Below are positions 40,314-49,307 of a stretch of DNA of 64,000 bases, piece after piece. The DNA comes from Deltaproteobacteria bacterium CG11_big_fil_rev_8_21_14_0_20_45_16. Its GTDB lineage: Bacteria > Bdellovibrionota > UBA2394. The first letter of the stretch is position 1. Every line of letters begins with the position of its first letter. The stretch is taken from the NCBI GenBank assembly GCA_002787535.1, contig PCXB01000050.1, forward strand, positions 77,836 through 141,835, read 5' to 3'. Both the position numbers and the translations under genes were made by a program. A model generated the notes under the pieces. The model saw only the letters and a program-made list of their open reading frames with translations. It made no database searches and was not told where the DNA came from.

Positions 40314-41378
40314 TTACCGTCTTGGCGAATGATAGAAAAAATGTTCTTGAGATTGATAAACATCCATAAGAGTCGTCAGTAAATCCATTTGGCCTGTTAG
40401 AAATAGAGATTGATATAAACTTAGGCCTTCGTAGTCGGTCCCCTTGGGAAGGGCGAGACAAAACTCCATTGGACTCATTTGGGAGATTAACTTTTTAAGT
40501 TTATCTTCGGCTTGTTCAGGATTCTTTCCTTTGACAAGTCGGCTAAGAGTTTGTGCTGCCTGACTAAGCCGTATCTCCATCTGAGCTTCGAAACTAAAGA
40601 TCCCGCGTGGAAGCTTGCGCTTTGATGGATGCTGGTCGGCGGTCAAATTGTAAATGTTAAAGTACTCTTCTAGAAGTGGACCAGCATTCGAGTCGGGCAT
40701 GTTCTCCGCGAGCAATCTGATCGCGTGTTCGATTTTTTCAAGAAAATAGCGAGCCCGGATATTCTTTGCCTCGTCGATGCCAAAGAGATCACGATGGAGT
40801 TGATTGGGAAGGCCTTCGTCTTCGGTAAGTGGAAAGGCCTGGGCGAATCTCTGGTATTGAAGACTGAGTCTTTCTAGCATATTCGCTTCCCCTGAAGCGC
40901 TAGGGACCATTCTATGAGCGTAATAGAATGCCTCTGCCTCTGCCTGACTTAAGAGGCGGTGGAAAACAGAATTAAAACTCCGAATTTGTTGTAAAGCCAT
41001 CTGTAAGTCCGCCGCGTTGTGGTTTTTACGAACATTAGAAATCAGTTTAAGCTCTTCGGCGTGGGCTAAATTTGTGGCCTTTTTTAGAATGTCCACGTTA
41101 GGAAAAAGAAAATAAATCCCAGGGATGGTTTGATAGAGGGCAACGAAGCGATCGAGGGCAAACTGACTGGCGTCTAAACGCTCAAGTTGATCTAAATGTT
41201 CATCAACGCTTTGAGGGTCAGCCCTAACGACCGCTTGACGAAAACCAGCGCTCAAGGATTTCATTTCTTCCGAGCAAGCAGAAAGAATATCGCGGGCTCT
41301 TGCTTCGGAAAGGAGGCATAGAAAAACTATGATACTAAGGCCAACTTTTGAAAAAAATCGCAACCATCTCCCTGACAT
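40314..41378 (-). CDS. Hypothetical secreted alpha-helical protein
   Basis: Signal peptide ending ARA-R; 354-aa ORF filling the gap; no recognised motif. Confidence 0.7.
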   Translation of the reverse strand: MSGRWLRFFSKVGLSIIVFLCLLSEARARDILSACSEEMKSLSAGFRQAVVRADPQSVDEHLDQLERLDASQFALDRFVALYQTIPGIYFLFPNVDILKKATNLAHAEELKLISNVRKNHNAADLQMALQQIRSFNSVFHRLLSQAEAEAFYYAHRMVPSASGEANMLERLSLQYQRFAQAFPLTEDEGLPNQLHRDLFGIDEAKNIRARYFLEKIEHAIRLLAENMPDSNAGPLLEEYFNIYNLTADQHPSKRKLPRGIFSFEAQMEIRLSQAAQTLSRLVKGKNPEQAEDKLKKLISQMSPMEFCLALPKGTDYEGLSLYQSLFLTGQMDLLTTLMDVYQSQEHFFYHSPRR

Positions 41379-41451
41379 TCGTTCTATTCAAGACGATAAA
41401 AAGTCTCTATGACAAGGTTTATTGTGCCGAGCGTCATTTTTTCTAAATAGA

Positions 41452-41474
41452 TTTAAATGGGGCTCACATTTAAA
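41452..41474. repeat. Perfect 8-bp inverted repeat (operator or weak terminator)
   Basis: TTTAAATG-N7-CATTTAAA in the AT-rich gap downstream of the M3 peptidase gene. Confidence 0.45.
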
Positions 41475-41493
41475 AGTTAATTATATTCATCAC

Positions 41494-43482
41494 TTAAGCT
41501 GAGCCTAGAAGTTCATTAAAGAAGGCTTCATCGGAGGGTTCTCGGCGCAAAAAGGCTTTGAGGGATTCGTTTTCATCCCGGGAACCTCCCGGTTCATAGA
41601 TCTCTTGGCGTAATCGTCGACCCGTCGCATGATCAAGAATTCCCGTTTTTTTAAATTCAGAAAACAGATCTGCCGCCATGACGTCAGCCCAGGCGTAGCC
41701 ATAGTAGCCGGATGCATAGTTGGTCATATGGCCCCATCCAGCGGCAAAAGCCGTTTGCTGGGGGAGGGGTAAAAAAACAGATGAGATAATTTTATTAGAA
41801 ATCGCAATGGAATCTTTATCACGTCCTTCTCGATGCATTTCGATATCGGATTTGGCAAGGGCGACCTGTCTCAAATAAAATAATGCGCTTCCTGATTTGC
41901 GGGCTTGATTCATCTTGTCGATTAGCGCTTTGCTTAAGGTATCCGAATTTCTCTCATAGTGTCGCGCGAAACTTTGCAAGACCTCAGCGTCCCAAATCCA
42001 GTTTTCGAGAACTTGAGAGGGTGCTTCGACAAAATCCCAAGCGACACTCGTACCGGAAAATGCCGCGTACTTGGCTCGAGTTAATAGGCCGTGCAAAATA
42101 TGACCGAACTCATGAAATAAGGTTTCGACCTCGGCATGAGGAATGAGAGACGGGCGGTCCTTGCTTGGACGTGGGAAGTTGCAAACCATGGCGGAGACGG
42201 GACGTTGATAACGACCGTCGTGCAGTTGTTTACCATCGATGAGGCCGAAAGCCGCCGCATGATTATATTTGCCTTCGCGAGGATGAAGATCCAGATAGAA
42301 ATAACCCAGGCCTTCGCCGGATTCATCAACAACTTTAAATAAACGGACTTCCTCATGCCAGCGGTAGAAACTTCCCGCTTTCTGCTCTTCCATCTTGATG
42401 CCGAAGAGCTTTCTTATCAATTCAAACATCCCATCAATAACTTGGTTTAATGGAAAATACTCTTTTATCGTCTGCGAATTAACGTCAAAATTTTGCTTTT
42501 TATAGAGAGAACTATAAAAATAGTAATCCCAGATATGAATTTCGGCTTGTAAATCCTTGGTTGTTTCTATCTTTAAATCTTGAAGCTTTTTCAGCTCGCT
42601 GTCAGCTTGCGCGCGTAATCGGGATTCAAGATGATCCAAAAAAGCCTGAACTTTTTCGGGAGTTTGAGCCATTCGTTTTTCTAAGACATAGTGGTTCCAG
42701 GACTGGTAGCCTAGCCGCTCGGCAATTTCTTGTCGGAGCTGTAACATTTCGTTCAATAGCTTCGAATTCTCTTGGGCCGCGGTATTATTTTTTTTGATAA
42801 AAAGCTCTCGTCTCAAGTTTTCGTCATGAGCGTGCTCCATAACTGGAAGAAACTCTGGATATTCCAGGCTGATTCGATAGCGACCCTCTAGGTCTCTTTC
42901 GAGGGATTCAATAAAGCTTGGTTCTAAACCTTCGAGCTGATCCAGAGTGGCATAGAGACAATCATTATACTCCTGAATGTTTTTACTAAAGTGAGTCTCG
43001 ATCTCACTTAACTTCTTCTGAAGTCGCTTAAGCTCCATGCGTTCGATTTCGGGTAAGTGCATACCAAGTCTTCGGTAGTCCTTAAGTCTTTCTTCTAGGA
43101 GCTTTTTCTCTTCGCCTCCCAAGCCCGTGGCTTTTTTGGCAAAGGCTTCTGTAACTTTAAATAAGCCCTCATCATAAGCCCTCTCAATGCACCAAGCCTG
43201 AAAAGCTACCTGAACTTCTCGCGCAGCCTCGCGAACATCTGGGTCTGGATGGACGTTTTGTAAGAAATAGATTCTCCCGAATATTTGTCCTTCATCAAAA
43301 TCAAGATCGTCAATGGCTCTTAAGCTCGATTCAAGCGTAACATCGGCTAAATTTTGACTTCCAATTCGCTTCGTAAGCTCTTGGCTCATGGCCAGTAGTT
43401 TCTCCCCACTCTTGCGTATTTCTTCAGCGGTGGTTTCAAATGGGGGCAGACTTAAAACATTGGCTGGTTCTTGGATTTTCAT
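41494..43482 (-). CDS. M3A family metallopeptidase (thimet oligopeptidase / PrlC-like)
   Basis: FYLDLHPREGK, TLFHEFGHILH, WDFVEAPSQVLENW and YASGYYGYAWA; start moved to ATG 43482. Confidence 0.93.
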   Translation of the reverse strand: MKIQEPANVLSLPPFETTAEEIRKSGEKLLAMSQELTKRIGSQNLADVTLESSLRAIDDLDFDEGQIFGRIYFLQNVHPDPDVREAAREVQVAFQAWCIERAYDEGLFKVTEAFAKKATGLGGEEKKLLEERLKDYRRLGMHLPEIERMELKRLQKKLSEIETHFSKNIQEYNDCLYATLDQLEGLEPSFIESLERDLEGRYRISLEYPEFLPVMEHAHDENLRRELFIKKNNTAAQENSKLLNEMLQLRQEIAERLGYQSWNHYVLEKRMAQTPEKVQAFLDHLESRLRAQADSELKKLQDLKIETTKDLQAEIHIWDYYFYSSLYKKQNFDVNSQTIKEYFPLNQVIDGMFELIRKLFGIKMEEQKAGSFYRWHEEVRLFKVVDESGEGLGYFYLDLHPREGKYNHAAAFGLIDGKQLHDGRYQRPVSAMVCNFPRPSKDRPSLIPHAEVETLFHEFGHILHGLLTRAKYAAFSGTSVAWDFVEAPSQVLENWIWDAEVLQSFARHYERNSDTLSKALIDKMNQARKSGSALFYLRQVALAKSDIEMHREGRDKDSIAISNKIISSVFLPLPQQTAFAAGWGHMTNYASGYYGYAWADVMAADLFSEFKKTGILDHATGRRLRQEIYEPGGSRDENESLKAFLRREPSDEAFFNELLGSA

Positions 43483-43566
43483 TGACCCTATCCTAGCAGG
43501 AGCCTGACGAATCTTCTTCAAAAAATCGCCAAGACATTTTGAGGCAAGTCAGAATATTATCAGAGG

Positions 43567-44568
43567 ATGGAGCTAGAGAGCTGCCTTGATATATTAACTG
43601 AGAAAAAGCTTGTGACGCAGGTTCCCACAGAGGCCCTCGAAGTTGAGAGGCTGCCCGGTGATGCAAGCAATCGGGAATACGCGAGACTTAAAGAGGTTGC
43701 TACTTCAAAAAGCTTTATCCTTATGATTATGAACGAAAAGGAAGCCTTCAAATCGGAGGAAGCCGGAGCGACGGGGCAAAGTTCTGACGAACTGGACTTT
43801 GTTGCGATCGGAAGGGATTGGATCCGAGCGGGAATTAAAGTGCCGCAAATCTACTATGTAGATGAGAAGAGCCGTTTTTTATTATTAGAGGATTTTGGAA
43901 ATGAACTTCTTTATGGACGGCGCCAGAAGGAATCGGCCATCCATTTGTACGAAGCAGCAATGAGAGAGCTGATCAAGATTCAAAAACTACAGCCTTTCGA
44001 TCGAATTACGAAAAGGAAATTTTCGAAAGAATTGTTGATTTGGGAGTTTGAACATTTTCGTGAATATGCCCTTGAAAAGCGAGGGGTGGTTCTAAACGAA
44101 GGTCAATCGAATGTTCTCAAAAATTTTTTTGAGTCTAGTGTAAATTGTATTCTTAAAATTCCTGAGACCGTAACGCATCGTGATTATCATTCCAAAAATA
44201 TTATGGTTCTGACGGATGATAAAATCGGAATTATTGATTTTCAGGATGCTCTGATGGGCCCCTACACTTATGACCTTGCGTCTCTATTGCGGGACTCCTA
44301 TGTTCGACTAACCGACCAGGAGGAACAAAAGTTAATTCAAATTTATGAATCTGAGTCAGGTCGAAAGGTGGATTTGGAAGCCTTTGCAATAAGTAGCCTT
44401 CAGCGAAATATGAAAGCTGTTGGAAGATTTTTTTATATCTCAATGGTTAAGCACAAGGCGACTCATTTGCCCTATGTGCTTCCGACAATGAAACGAATTT
44501 TGAAGAGCTTAGAAGATATTGGCGAAGGGGAGCTTAAAAGGATTTTGGAGAATGTATCGTGGGAGTAG
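43567..44568 (+). CDS. amgK: Anomeric MurNAc/GlcNAc kinase AmgK (APH-like phosphotransferase)
   Basis: GDASNREY, LLLEDFG, HRDYHSKNIM, IDFQDALMGPYTYDLASLLRD; adjacent to a nucleotidyltransferase. Confidence 0.85.
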   Translation: MELESCLDILTEKKLVTQVPTEALEVERLPGDASNREYARLKEVATSKSFILMIMNEKEAFKSEEAGATGQSSDELDFVAIGRDWIRAGIKVPQIYYVDEKSRFLLLEDFGNELLYGRRQKESAIHLYEAAMRELIKIQKLQPFDRITKRKFSKELLIWEFEHFREYALEKRGVVLNEGQSNVLKNFFESSVNCILKIPETVTHRDYHSKNIMVLTDDKIGIIDFQDALMGPYTYDLASLLRDSYVRLTDQEEQKLIQIYESESGRKVDLEAFAISSLQRNMKAVGRFFYISMVKHKATHLPYVLPTMKRILKSLEDIGEGELKRILENVSWE

Positions 44569-45251
44569 AGGCGGCATTCATTTTGGCGGCTGGACGTGGA
44601 GAGCGTTTGCGACCTCTTACGGATTTTCATCCAAAGCCTCTGATCAAAATAAAAACCAAACCGATTCTTGAATACGTCTTAGACAATCTTCGCCCGTTGG
44701 GTTTGAAGCGAGTTGTTCTGAATGCCTGGCATTTTGCTGATCAGATTGAAGCTTTCGCCGATGAGGCCCGGTCGAAATTTCCATTCGAGATTTTGGTGTC
44801 TACCGAAAGTGAGCTGCTTGGTACAGGTGGCGGCTTGAAGAAAGCCCTTCCTTTGGTAGGAAAGGCTCCCTTCCTTATGATGAATGGAGATTGTATTTGG
44901 AAAGGCGACCTACAACTTTGGATGAAAAAAATCCCTTCAAATATTGAGGCTAGCTGGGTTTTGATAGAGCCTCAGGCCGAACAAACACTGATAGGATTTG
45001 ATGGCGGAGAACTTTGTCAAATTGGGGAGCTTTGGAAATCAAGGGAGCCTAGTCATAGAGGTTGTTTTTCGGGAATTCAGCTGATTTCAAGAATTTTTGA
45101 CGAATCCCTTCCGGCTAAGGGGTGTATCATTAGGGATTATTGGATCCCAAGACTTCAGAAATCGGCCAAACTTGGGGTTGAGATGGATCTTCTTTCTGCT
45201 TGGGAGGATCTAGGCACTCCTGAAAGGCTAAGAGTCTTCGAGGGGAGCTAG
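44559..45251 (+). CDS. murU: MurNAc-alpha-1-phosphate uridylyltransferase MurU
   Basis: ILAAGRGERLRPLT..PKPL, LGTGGG, NGD and WEDLGTPERL; paired with amgK. Confidence 0.82.
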   Translation: MGVEAAFILAAGRGERLRPLTDFHPKPLIKIKTKPILEYVLDNLRPLGLKRVVLNAWHFADQIEAFADEARSKFPFEILVSTESELLGTGGGLKKALPLVGKAPFLMMNGDCIWKGDLQLWMKKIPSNIEASWVLIEPQAEQTLIGFDGGELCQIGELWKSREPSHRGCFSGIQLISRIFDESLPAKGCIIRDYWIPRLQKSAKLGVEMDLLSAWEDLGTPERLRVFEGS

Positions 45252-45312
45252 GTGAGTCCGGGCATTGCGGCCTTGCTTTAGGGCTTTTTCCTTCGTTAAA
45301 GTGTCGGAATCT

Positions 45313-46005
45313 ATGTCAAAACTTACAAAAAAGGATCTTCGTTCGCCCGATCAAATTTGGCAGGCATCTGCCACCACGTTTAGCTGGTTACGTTCCCAAT
45401 GGATTTGGCTGATTGTTCTTGGGCTTGTAGTTTTTATAGGTTCAACTGGAGCTTTTTTCTATGTTCAGAGCCAGAAGGCTGAGGAAGCAAAGGCGCAAGC
45501 ACTCTATGGCGATGCTTTAAGTTTTTTTGAGCAATACAAACTCGAAAAGACTGAGTCGGTACTAAAAGAACTTCAGTCCAAGCTTGATGATTTAAAGCTT
45601 AAGTTTCCTTCAAGTAAGGCCAATAAGTGGGCAGATGGTGTTCGAGCGAGACTTTTAATCGATCAATCGAAGGTGGATCCAGCCTTAAGTATTTTATCGG
45701 AGTCAAAATCGGGACTTAGCCCGGATGCGAAAGCCTTTATAAGTTATTCGATAGCAGGCATTTCCGAGGATGCTGAGCGATGGGATGAAGCCATTAGTAA
45801 CTATCAAAGTATTCTAGATTTAAAAGACCACCCGCTTAAAAAATGGGCTTTTCTTGGAAAGGCTAGAGCGCTTGTACACAAGGGCCAGGCCGGTCTGGCG
45901 GTCGTACTTTACGATCAATTCATCACGGACTTTCCGAGATCTACCGAAATTTCTAAAGTGCGTGGATTACGCGCGATGGCTTCGCAGACCACGGCGAGCA
46001 AATAG
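45313..46005 (+). CDS. YfgM-like membrane-anchored TPR protein
   Basis: KKDLRSPDQI N-terminus, a single TM helix, then TPR-like helices ending FPRS. Confidence 0.7.
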   Translation: MSKLTKKDLRSPDQIWQASATTFSWLRSQWIWLIVLGLVVFIGSTGAFFYVQSQKAEEAKAQALYGDALSFFEQYKLEKTESVLKELQSKLDDLKLKFPSSKANKWADGVRARLLIDQSKVDPALSILSESKSGLSPDAKAFISYSIAGISEDAERWDEAISNYQSILDLKDHPLKKWAFLGKARALVHKGQAGLAVVLYDQFITDFPRSTEISKVRGLRAMASQTTASK

Positions 46006-46016
46006 GCGGAGCAAAA

Positions 46017-47768
46017 ATGAAATGGAGCCAGGCGCATATTCCTACTTTGAGAGATAAGCCTCAAGAGGCTGAGGTCATCAGTCATCAATTGATGATGCGC
46101 GCCGGATTGATTCGACGGGCGGCGAGCGGTATCTACAGTTATTTACCGCTTGGCTGGCGAGTCATGCGGAAGTTGGAACAAATCATTCGAGAGGAAATGG
46201 ATCGTCAGGGCGCTCAAGAAGTTTCGTTGCCTGTCGTACAGCCTCGAGAGCTGTGGGATCAGTCAGGACGTTGGGCCTTGTATGGAAAAGAATTGGCCAG
46301 GTTTAAAGATCGTCATGAAAATGAGTTTTGTTTGCAGCCCACCTCGGAGGAAGTGATTACAGATTTAGTTAAACGGGACGTCAAAAGCTACAAGCAGCTG
46401 CCCTTAAATCTGTATCAGATTCAAACCAAATTTCGGGATGAAATCCGACCTCGTTTTGGCATTATGCGGGGCCGGGAATTTATCATGAAGGATGCCTACT
46501 CCTTTGACGTCGATGAAGCGTCCGCTCGAAAGGCCTATGCTCAAATGCAAAAAGCCTATCGTCGAATTTTCACTCGGACGGGATTAGAGTTTCGGCCGGT
46601 GGAGGCGGATACAGGAGCGATTGGGGGAAATGATTCCGAAGAATTTATGGTGTTAGCATCCTCGGGGGAAGACGAGATCATCGCTTGCTCAGCTTGTGAT
46701 TATGCCGCTAATCAAGAAAAGGCGCGCTCCGTTGTTAAATCGACAAGTCAATTGAGTGCTTCGAGTGTTGAGGAATTTGCGACGCCTGGCTTAAAAACAA
46801 TTGACGAATTGGCGAGTTCATTGAACTGCAAGGCATCAGATTTGATGAAGACGATGATCCTTACAAATGCCGACCAGAAAAAAATTGTTGTTCTCTTGCG
46901 TGGCGATCATGAATTGCACCCGATAAAAGCTGCCGCTTTATTGGCGCGGGAAAAAGGAATTGAAGGCGCTCGGTTGGCTCGCGATGACGAGATGGAGGCT
47001 TGGAATCTCCCCAAGGGAAGTCTAGGACCGCATCAGTTTCCCTATCCGCATTTGCTTGTGGTCGACGATGCGTTGTCTTTGGAGAGCTCGTATGTCGTTG
47101 GGGCCAATCGAGATGGATTTCATCTCCGAAATATGAATTTGGCTCGCGACGCGCGTCCCGTGGACTTGAAAGCCTGCATTCGCGTTGTTCATGAAGGCGA
47201 GGCCTGCGTCCGATGTGGCAAAGAATTGAAATCCTTTCGAGGAATTGAAGTCGGTCATGTTTTTTATTTGGGCACGAAGTATTCTAAGGCTATGTCGCTC
47301 AAGATAACCCTTGAAAACGGTAAGGAGACGGATGCCGAGATGGGTTGCTATGGTATCGGAGTCGGACGGACCATGGCTGCTTGCATTGAGCAAAACTATG
47401 ATGATTCAGGCATCTGTTGGCCCCTCAGCCTTGCGCCTTACCAGATCGGAATTATTTCGTTGGATGATGGCGAAGTGGCTGATCAGGCGGCCAAACTTTA
47501 TCAATATTTTTCGGATCAGGCATTGGATGTTCTTTGGGACGATCGCAGCGTATCGCCCGGGGTAAAATTTAAAGATATGGAGTTGATTGGTATTCCCTAT
47601 CAGATCATTCTAGGTTCCAAAGGATTAAAGAATTCTCAGATGGAAGTTAAAATTCGAAGGGGTAATCAAAAGCAAATGATTCCCATGGATTCTGTAGGGT
47701 CTCATATACTTCAGCTATTACAAGCAGAGCGGGATGAGATCGCCAAAAAATTGGAGTTGATACCGTGA
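46017..47768 (+). CDS. proS: Proline--tRNA ligase (bacterial type, with editing insertion)
   Basis: SHQLMMRAG, LYQIQTKFRDEIRPRFGIMRGREFIMKDAYSF, GIEVGHVF and MGCYGIGVGR. Confidence 0.98.
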   Translation: MKWSQAHIPTLRDKPQEAEVISHQLMMRAGLIRRAASGIYSYLPLGWRVMRKLEQIIREEMDRQGAQEVSLPVVQPRELWDQSGRWALYGKELARFKDRHENEFCLQPTSEEVITDLVKRDVKSYKQLPLNLYQIQTKFRDEIRPRFGIMRGREFIMKDAYSFDVDEASARKAYAQMQKAYRRIFTRTGLEFRPVEADTGAIGGNDSEEFMVLASSGEDEIIACSACDYAANQEKARSVVKSTSQLSASSVEEFATPGLKTIDELASSLNCKASDLMKTMILTNADQKKIVVLLRGDHELHPIKAAALLAREKGIEGARLARDDEMEAWNLPKGSLGPHQFPYPHLLVVDDALSLESSYVVGANRDGFHLRNMNLARDARPVDLKACIRVVHEGEACVRCGKELKSFRGIEVGHVFYLGTKYSKAMSLKITLENGKETDAEMGCYGIGVGRTMAACIEQNYDDSGICWPLSLAPYQIGIISLDDGEVADQAAKLYQYFSDQALDVLWDDRSVSPGVKFKDMELIGIPYQIILGSKGLKNSQMEVKIRRGNQKQMIPMDSVGSHILQLLQAERDEIAKKLELIP

Positions 47769-48256
47769 GATTCTTGAGCTTTGCATTATTGATTATGGTT
47801 CTCGGCGAGGGTCAGTCTCGGGCTGCTAACTTTTCAGTGGGTGGTTCTGGGGGTATGGAGTTTCCATTTTGGCATACCGAGCGAATGGATCCTGGGCTAC
47901 GTGCTGAGGGTTTTTACCGTATTGATCCCTATGAAGTTCGTTTCGATTATTCTTACTTACAAGTGCATTATTATTCCGTTCTCTTGGCGAAGAAGTTTTT
48001 CTTCACGCAGGACGATATTCGTCCCTTTGTGGAGGCCGCTTTGGGTCCTTGTTTTGTTAATACGCCTCACAAAGGTCTTGGTTATGGAATCAGTCCGGAG
48101 ATAAGTTTGGGTGCTGAATTAGGGATCAATGAACATTTTTCAAGTTCCCTGACGATGCGTTATTCGGCTTACTGGTATTTTGGAGACACAAAGAGTGGGA
48201 CCATGGAAGCCAATCACGGACTTTCTGTTGTGGCGGGCATTAGTTTATGGTTTTGA
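47765..48256 (+). CDS. Small outer-membrane beta-barrel protein
   Basis: Signal peptide; alternating beta-strand pattern; IRPFV; C-terminal aromatic signature AGISLWF. Confidence 0.72.
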   Translation: MRFLSFALLIMVLGEGQSRAANFSVGGSGGMEFPFWHTERMDPGLRAEGFYRIDPYEVRFDYSYLQVHYYSVLLAKKFFFTQDDIRPFVEAALGPCFVNTPHKGLGYGISPEISLGAELGINEHFSSSLTMRYSAYWYFGDTKSGTMEANHGLSVVAGISLWF

Positions 48257-49305
48257 GTAAATCTATTTTAATTTTTTCTTCCATGAGTTTACTGCTGGCT
48301 TGCGAGCGAATTCCAGAATGGGAGAAACGCGATGATCTGAGTTTGCAATCTAGCGAAAGTTTATCGTTGAAGGGCTTGGAATCTTGGATGTGGACCTGCC
48401 GGGCTACACAAGTTTCATATCGAATGGGAGCCGAAAATGAATTGAGCGGAAAGTCGATCGAGGCGTATATGGAGCCTTATCGTAACTCGGGTCTCGCTGT
48501 TGTCGATCCATTTGGCGAGAAAACGATCCTCGGTACTGGTATTTTGTGGGACGCGCAAGGTCATGTCCTGACCTTGCAGAGTTGGGTTTCTCAATCCAAA
48601 GATTTGGAATGTCGTGGCGGAGGTACAAATTGGATTAAAGCAGAGGTTGTCGGAGAGGATGGCCCTCTTAATTTGGCTTTGCTTAAGGTAAATCTATTGC
48701 CTTTAGCGAAACAATATTCGTCGAGTCGGCGATGGGTAGGGCGTTATGAGGAGCCGGGCTTTGAAGAAAAACTTTACCTTATTTCATCGTCCTATCCGGG
48801 AGTCATGGATCGAATTCCCGTGGAACTTCAGATTTCGAGATCACCTCTGTTTACGGGTTTGGATGAAGCTCTGATTTTATTCTCACCGCCGCCTCCGCAG
48901 GCCTTTATGGCGAGTATCCTGGTTGATAAAAAATCTCGAGTTCTTGGTTTTGTGTTTCCACCTAAGTCTACCTATTGGGGTACCGCGATTAAGATGGAGA
49001 GGTTGGATACTCTTGTGGAGTATATGATTAAGCTTGGGCGAGTCGAGAGAGCCTTTATTGGAATGCGCTTGAGCTTTCAAGATCAAGAGGGATTTCGAGT
49101 TACTGATGTGGAAGTAGGTGGGCCTGCCTATAAAGCTGGTGTCAGGGCTAATGATATTGTGAAACAATGGGACGGTCGCGATCTTAAGGCTATGAACGAT
49201 TGGCCCAAGATTAGTTTTACTGATAAAGGTCGATCGTTGAATCTAGTTTATACTCGTGGTAGTTCCGAAGTCGAAACCGTCATTCATATTGGTGCTAACC
49301 GCTAA
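48247..49305 (+). CDS. HtrA/DegP-like trypsin fold plus PDZ lipoprotein, catalytic triad lost
   Basis: Lipobox LLAC; LGTGILWD; GHVLTLQSW; AEVVGED..NLALLKV; PDZ segment RAFIGM..GGPAYKAGVRANDIV. Confidence 0.75.
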   Translation: MVLSKSILIFSSMSLLLACERIPEWEKRDDLSLQSSESLSLKGLESWMWTCRATQVSYRMGAENELSGKSIEAYMEPYRNSGLAVVDPFGEKTILGTGILWDAQGHVLTLQSWVSQSKDLECRGGGTNWIKAEVVGEDGPLNLALLKVNLLPLAKQYSSSRRWVGRYEEPGFEEKLYLISSSYPGVMDRIPVELQISRSPLFTGLDEALILFSPPPPQAFMASILVDKKSRVLGFVFPPKSTYWGTAIKMERLDTLVEYMIKLGRVERAFIGMRLSFQDQEGFRVTDVEVGGPAYKAGVRANDIVKQWDGRDLKAMNDWPKISFTDKGRSLNLVYTRGSSEVETVIHIGANR

Positions 49306-49307
49306 GC

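Noticed and set aside
43567-44568. Aminoglycoside resistance kinase
   Set aside because: The DFQDA and GDAS motifs and pairing with a MurU-like gene indicate AmgK.
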